Positions 56,456-64,000 of a stretch of 64,000 nucleotides of DNA are shown here, piece by piece; position 1 is the stretch's first letter, and each line of letters begins with the position of its first letter. Source of the DNA: the human T2T-CHM13v2.0 reference genome, Homo sapiens; the NCBI RefSeq assembly GCF_009914755.1, contig NC_060932.1; one strand, 5' to 3'. The notes under the pieces are model-generated. The model searched no databases. It was not told where the DNA came from and was given only the letters and a program-made list of their open reading frames with translations. Both the position numbers and the translations under genes were made by a program.

Positions 56456-57737
56456 TTAGATTGGTCCAAAAGTAATTGTGGTTTCAGACCATGAATTTTA
56501 AATCATTATAACTAGGCTCAAACACATCTTTGTTAATCAAAATAGGAACCATTAAAATCAACACATTTTTGCCAATGATAAATAAGTATGTTAATTTCTG
56601 TAGTGTAAAAATCCATGCTTCAGGATTCGAATAACTCTTGGAAAGCATTTTCTGCATGCTGCTGGTTGTGGAAGCATTTTCCCTGCTAAAAACTGTCGAG
56701 ATGCTTGAAGAAGTGGTAGTTGGTTGGCGGGACATCAGGTGAATATGGTGGATGAGGCGAATCTTTGTAGCCCAATTCATTCAACTTTTGAAGCATTGGT
56801 TGTGCGAGGTGCGGTTGGGTGTTGTCGTGAAGAATTGGTCCCTTTCTGTTGACCAATGCTGGCTGCAGGCATTGCAGTTTTCAATGCATCTCATCAATTT
56901 GCTGAGCATACTTCTCAGATGCAGTGGTTTCAGCAGGACTCAGAAAGCTGCAGTGAATCAGACCGACAGCAGACCACCAAACAGTGACCATGACCTTTTT
57001 TGGTGCAAGTCTGGCTTTGAGAAGTGCTTTGGAGCTTCTTCTGGGTCCAGCCACTGACTTAGTCGTTGCTGATTGTTGTACAAAATCCACTTTTCGTCAC
57101 CCATCACAAACCAATTGAGAAATGGTTCATTGTTGTTGCCTGCAACACGAGAAGATGACACTTCAGAAAGATGACTTTTTTTATTTTCACTCAGCTCTTG
57201 TGGCACCCACTTATCGAGCTTTTTCACCTTTTCGATTTGCTTCAAGTGCCGCATGACTGCAGAATGGTTGACGTTGAGTTCTTCGGCAACTTCTTGTGTA
57301 CTTGTAAGAGGATCAGCTTCAATGATTACTCTCAATTGGTTGTTGTCAACTTCTGATGGCCTTCCACTATGCTCCTCATCTTCACGACTCTCATCTCCTT
57401 TGCAAAACTTCTTGAACCACCACTGCACTGTATGTTCGTTAGCAGTTCCTGGACCAAATGCGTTGTTGATGTTGCAAGTTGTCTCCACTGCTTTACGACC
57501 TATTTTGAACTTGAATAAGAAAATCGTTTGAATTTCCTTTTTGTAGAACATCATTTTCATATTCTAAAATAAATATAAAATAAACATCAAGTAATAAGTC
57601 ATTAGCAAAATACATAAAGTGAGAAATGTTCATGAAAATGATGTATAACAGAACCACATTTATTTAAGAATGTATTCCAATATCAAACAGCAAATTTCCA
57701 CAATGCAAAAACTGTAATTACATTTGCACCAACCTAA
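56456..57737 (-). mobile_element. Full-length Hsmar1 mariner DNA transposon (1282 bp)
   Basis: TIRs TTAGATTGGTCCAAAAGTAATTG and CATTTGCACCAACCTAA; TA target duplication at 56454-56455 and 57738-57739. Confidence 0.96.
56533..57560 (-). pseudogene. Inactivated Hsmar1 transposase
   Basis: HTH domain, WVPQEL, GDEKW, HDN and YSPD motifs; frameshift near 57000, in-frame stop at 56881-56883, third catalytic Asp is Asn. Confidence 0.93.
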
Positions 57738-57749
57738 TATAAAAGATAA

Positions 57750-57975
<226 letters not shown>

Positions 57976-59412
57976 TGAATTCCTGGGCTCAAGTGATCTG
58001 CCCATCGTGGCCTCCCAAAGTGAAAAAATGGTATACCTGTGTAGGGCAGCTCCATTATAATCTTATGGGACCACCGTTGTATATGCAGTCCATTGTTAAC
58101 CAAAATGTCAGTATGCTGTGCATGACTGTAATACCATTATGTTACAATTGCTTAGAGTATTTAGTACAGTAACATGCTGTATAGGTTTGTAACCTAGGAG
58201 CAATAGTCTATACCATATAGCTTAGGTGCATAGCAGGCTATACCATCTGGGTCTGTGTAAGTACATTCTATGATGTTCACACAATGACAAAATTGCCTAA
58301 TGATGTATTTCTCAAAACGCATCCTGGTTGTTAAGCGATGCATAACTGTATTTAGATCATCTACAAAAGAAACTCTATCTATTAGCAATCACTCCCAATT
58401 CCCCCACCCTACCCCTAGGCAACAATTAATCTACTTTCTATCTCTATAGATTTGCCTGTTTTAGACATACATATGTGGTTTTCTTTCACTTAGTACAATG
58501 TTCTCAAGGTTCATCCATGTGATAGCATGTATTGATACTTTATTCCTTCTTATTTTCAAGTAATGTTTCATTGTATGGATATACCCTTTTATTTACATTA
58601 ATAAGTTGATAGATATTTGAGTTGTTTCCATTTTTTCTTGGTCAATGCAGCTAAATGCTTATCAATATTGTTAATCTTTTCAAATACCAACTTTTGGGTT
58701 CTTGGTTATTGTTTTTCTATCCTCTATTTTATTTCTTTTCATTATATCTTTACTATTTTATTCTTTAGGTTCAGTTTGCTCTTCTTCAGTTTTCAAAGTT
58801 TCAATTTGAGAGCTGTCTTCTTTTTTAATATAGGCAACTATAGCCATGAATTTCCCTGCAAGTGCTGCTTTTACCTGAATCTGATAAGTTTTAGTTGTGT
58901 TTTTGTTTTCATTCATCTCAAAGTATTTTTTGACTTCCTCTGTGATTTATTATTTAACCAAATGGTATTTAAGATTGTGTTTTTAAAGTTCCATATTTTT
59001 GTGAATTTCCTAAATTTCTTTCACAAATTCCAGTGTTTTTAGCAAATGTACTTTACATTATTTCAATCACTTAAAATCTATCAAGGCTTTTTTAATGGCC
59101 TACCATGTGATCTATTATGGAGAATACTCCATCTGCATTTGAGAATAATATATATTCTGCTGTTTTTGGGTAGAGTATTCAATAGATGTCTATTAGGTCT
59201 AACTAGTTTATAGTGTTGTCCAAATCTTCTATAACCTAGACATTTTATGCCTATTTTTTAAATCCATTATTGAATGTGAGGAATTGAAGTCTCCAACTAC
59301 TGTTTTTGAATTGTCTATATCTTCTTTCACTTCTGTCAGTTTTCACTTTATGTACTTTGGTGCTTTGGTGTTAGGTGCATATATGTTTATAATTGCTATA
59401 TTTTCCTCATAG

Positions 59413-59946
<534 letters not shown>

Positions 59947-60756
59947 TAATAATATCCCATCATATGTATATACTATACTTCATTTATCCATTTGTTGATT
60001 GACAGTTGGAGTACAAGTATGTGCTTAGATCCCTGCCGTTAATTTATCTGGATATATACCTTCAGCTCTCGACATTTGACTTTGATGTGTCTAGATGTGG
60101 CTCTTCTTTGATTTATCCTTCTTAGAATTCATTGAGCTTCTTGGATGTGTGAATAAATGTTTTTCATCAAATGTGGGAAGTTTTCAGCCACTACATCTTC
60201 ACTATATATAGAATTCTAGGTGGTTGCTCTGGTGGTTTTCTTTTTTTTGAGATGGTGTTTTGCTCTGTTACCCAGGCTGGAGTGCAATGGCACGATCTTG
60301 GCTCACTGAAACCTCTGCCTCCCAGGTTCAAGTGATTCTCCTGCCTTAGCCTCCTGAGTAGCTGGGATTACAGGCTCCTGCCACCATGCCCAGCTAATTT
60401 TGTATTTTTATTAGAGACGGGATTTCTCCATGTTGGTCAGGCTGGTCTTGAACTCCTGACCTCAGGTGATCCGCCTGCCTCAGCCTCCCAAAGTGCTGGG
60501 ATTACAGGTGTAAACCACCGTGCCCAGCCTTTTTTTTTTTTTTCCAGTACTTTAAAGATGTTGCTCCAGTGTCTTCTGGTTTTCATTCATTTCAAGACGT
60601 CTATAACATGTTAGCTTGAGAATAGAAAAAAAGAAACAAAAGTCTGCTGCCATTCTTATCTGTGTTCCTCTGTACATGTGTGTTTTTTTTATTTTTTGGC
60701 TGCTTTAAAATTGTTTCTTTACCACTGATTTTAGGCCTATAATTATGATGTGCTAC

Positions 60757-61143
60757 TGTAGACTAAAGTAGCGTGTTCTCCCCCAAATTCATATGTTGAA
60801 ATCCTAATCCTACAACAATATGATGTTGTTAGGAGGTGGGGCCTTTGGGAGGTCATAATGTCATGAGGGTGAAGATCTCATGGATGCAATTATCGCCCTT
60901 ATAAAGAAAGACTGCAGGGAGCTTAGTGCCCTTTTGAAAGAGATCACAGGGAGCTCTCCAGCCTTCTTTCTGCCAACAAGAAGTCAGCTGTCTGCAACCT
61001 GGAAGAGACCCCTCACCAGAACCTGACTATGCTGGCATCCTGGTCCTGGACTTCCAGCATCCAGAACTGTGGAAAACAGATATTTGTTGCTTATACTACC
61101 TACTCTATGATGATTTGTGTATTGGCCCAAATTGACGAAGACA
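60757..61143 (+). mobile_element. MLT1A/MST-type MaLR LTR
   Basis: CCCCAAATTCATATGTTGAAATCCTA...GGACTTCCAGC...AAGACA. Confidence 0.65.
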
Positions 61144-61547
61144 TGTGCCTTGGAATAGTTTTTAAAATTTCTCCTGCTTGGGGTTCATTGATCTCCTTGG
61201 AAATGTAGGCTTATAATTGTCATTATAATTATCATTAACTTTGGAAAAAGTTAGGCTTTATTTCTTGTATTTTTTTTGTTCCTTTCTTGCTCCACAATTT
61301 TTGGGAATTCAATGACACCTGTACTAGGCCACTTGATGTTATTCCACTGCTCACTGATGTTATGTTTATTTTTTCCAGTCTTTCCTCTGTTTCATTTTAG
61401 ATGATTTATGTTGTCCCCAAGTTTATTAATTATTCTTCTACAGTATTTAACCTGCTGATGATCTTTTTCAGACTATGTTTCCTCTCAGACATCGTATTTT
61501 TCATCTCTACATGTCTACTTGTAGGTTTGTTTTTGTCTGTTAATTAG

Positions 61548-61778
<231 letters not shown>

Positions 61779-62520
61779 TAGAGACGGGGTTTCACCACGT
61801 TGGCCAGGATGGTCTCAATCTCCTGACCTCATGATCTGCCTGCCTCGGCCTCCCAAAGTGCTGGGATCACAGGTGTAAGCCACCGCACTTGACCAAACAT
61901 TTTTAAGTATACAGTTCCGTAGTGTTAAGTATATTCATATTGTCATGAATCTTAAAACATTTTTTTTATATCTCTCCTTAAAGTGCTCATCCTTCTACCT
62001 TCTTGAACACATGACCCATATATTAACTGTTTTAACTTTCTTGACAACAATTTCTATCGCTTCTGCCATTTCTGGGTCTGTTTATATTGAGTGATTTTTT
62101 TTCATCATAGATCTTATTTTCCTGCCTGATCATAAGTGGCATTTTTTTACTAAATGACAGATACTGTAAATTTTACTTTGTTGATTAATGAAGTTTTTGT
62201 ATTTTTTTCTGATTTGGGGGCTTTGTTTTGGAATACAATTAAGTCACTTAAAATCAATTTTGTTATTTTGAGGCTTGCTTTTTTGCTTTGTTAGTTGGGC
62301 CCACTACAGCCTTTAGTGTAGGACTAATTTGGTCTCAGTATTGGTGCAACACCCTTGTGATAATGCCCCTTCTGTTAGATCTTTTGATTTGGCTGATGGG
62401 AACATGAAGTTTTCCCAACCTTGTGTGAGTTCTGAGACTGGCTCTGCCAGAATCTTTCTGGTGGGCTTTTACTGGCCTTGGTAGTTTCCTCACACAATGT
62501 GCCGATCAATTCTCCTTTGA

Positions 62521-62726
<206 letters not shown>

Positions 62727-62805
62727 TGAACCGCCTGCCTCGGCCTCCCAAAGTGTTGGGATTACAGGTGTGAGCCACTGTGCCCGGCCAAATCTCATTT
62801 TTTCA

Positions 62806-62901
<96 letters not shown>

Positions 62902-63513
62902 TCACTTGAGGTCAGGAGTTCGAGACAAGCCTGGCCAACATGGTGAAACCCTATCTCTACTAAAAATATAAAAAAATTAGCCAGGGGTGGTGGCACATGC
63001 CTATAATCCCAGTTATGGGGAGGCTGAGGCAGGAGAATAGCAATAGCTTGAAACCAGGAGGCAGAGGTTGCAGTGAGCCAAGATCGCACCACTGCACTCC
63101 ACCCTAGGTGAAAAATGAGATTCCGTCTCAAAATAAATAAATAAATAAAAGCAAAAATCTGAAAAATATATTGTTAATGGATATATATATATACACACAT
63201 ATAATAAAAGTATGAAGAAATGCATGGGAAAGATAAATTCCAAATTCAGAATGTTGGTTACTTCTGGGGAAGCTGTGAGAAAGAGGAATGTGATAAGATG
63301 TGAAAAAGGGCCTATAATTGTATATGTAATATTTTATTTCATAAGCTGGGTGGTGGGCACACAGATATTCAGTTTACTATTAGTTATATTTAATATCAGA
63401 CATCAGACTGAAAATATCTTACAATGAATAGATTCCCAAAAGAACAGAGGATTAAGTTATTAAAAAGACAAAGACACTCTAACAACACTGAAAGAAAAAA
63501 AGTGTATGTCTTA

Positions 63514-63940
<427 letters not shown>

Positions 63941-64000
63941 TCACGCCTGTAATCCCAGCACTTTGGGAGGCCCAGGCGGGCAGATCACTTGAGGTCAGGA

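Noticed and set aside
58617-59042. 141-aa Phe-rich hydrophobic ORF
   Set aside because: Antisense strand of an A-rich old L1; compositional artefact

Overview
Primate, most likely human, genomic DNA that is extremely repeat-rich. The only real protein-coding gene is the 5' part of LYPLA1 (acyl-protein thioesterase 1, APT1) on the minus strand. Its coding exons 1-5 lie at 42835-42903, 41988-42019, 6842-6907, 4417-4464 and 3335-3405, all with GT-AG boundaries, with a CpG-island promoter at about 42.5-43.3 kb and a 35-kb intron 2. Intron 2 holds a TDGF1/CRIPTO processed pseudogene fused by a deletion, through a tail-less Alu, to a truncated HERV-K (HML-3/HERVK9-MER9) provirus, all inside an old L1. 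It also holds a ~70-bp polyadenylated MER41-LTR retrocopy, a full-length SVA, an LTR10C with p53-like half-sites, and an Alu>THE1/MST>LTR13A nest. Upstream of the promoter are four solo ERV1 LTRs (LTR12F, MER41A, a nested LTR12, and MER41B with GAS motifs) and a full-length Hsmar1 mariner nested in Tigger3 elements. The best leads are the translation-initiation layout of LYPLA1 (weak Met1, stronger Met6, in-frame UUG extension), the history recorded in the CRIPTO retrocopy, and the LTR regulatory cluster. No prokaryotic-type system is present. Repeat subfamily names are recalled from consensus sequences, and many repeat boundaries are approximate.
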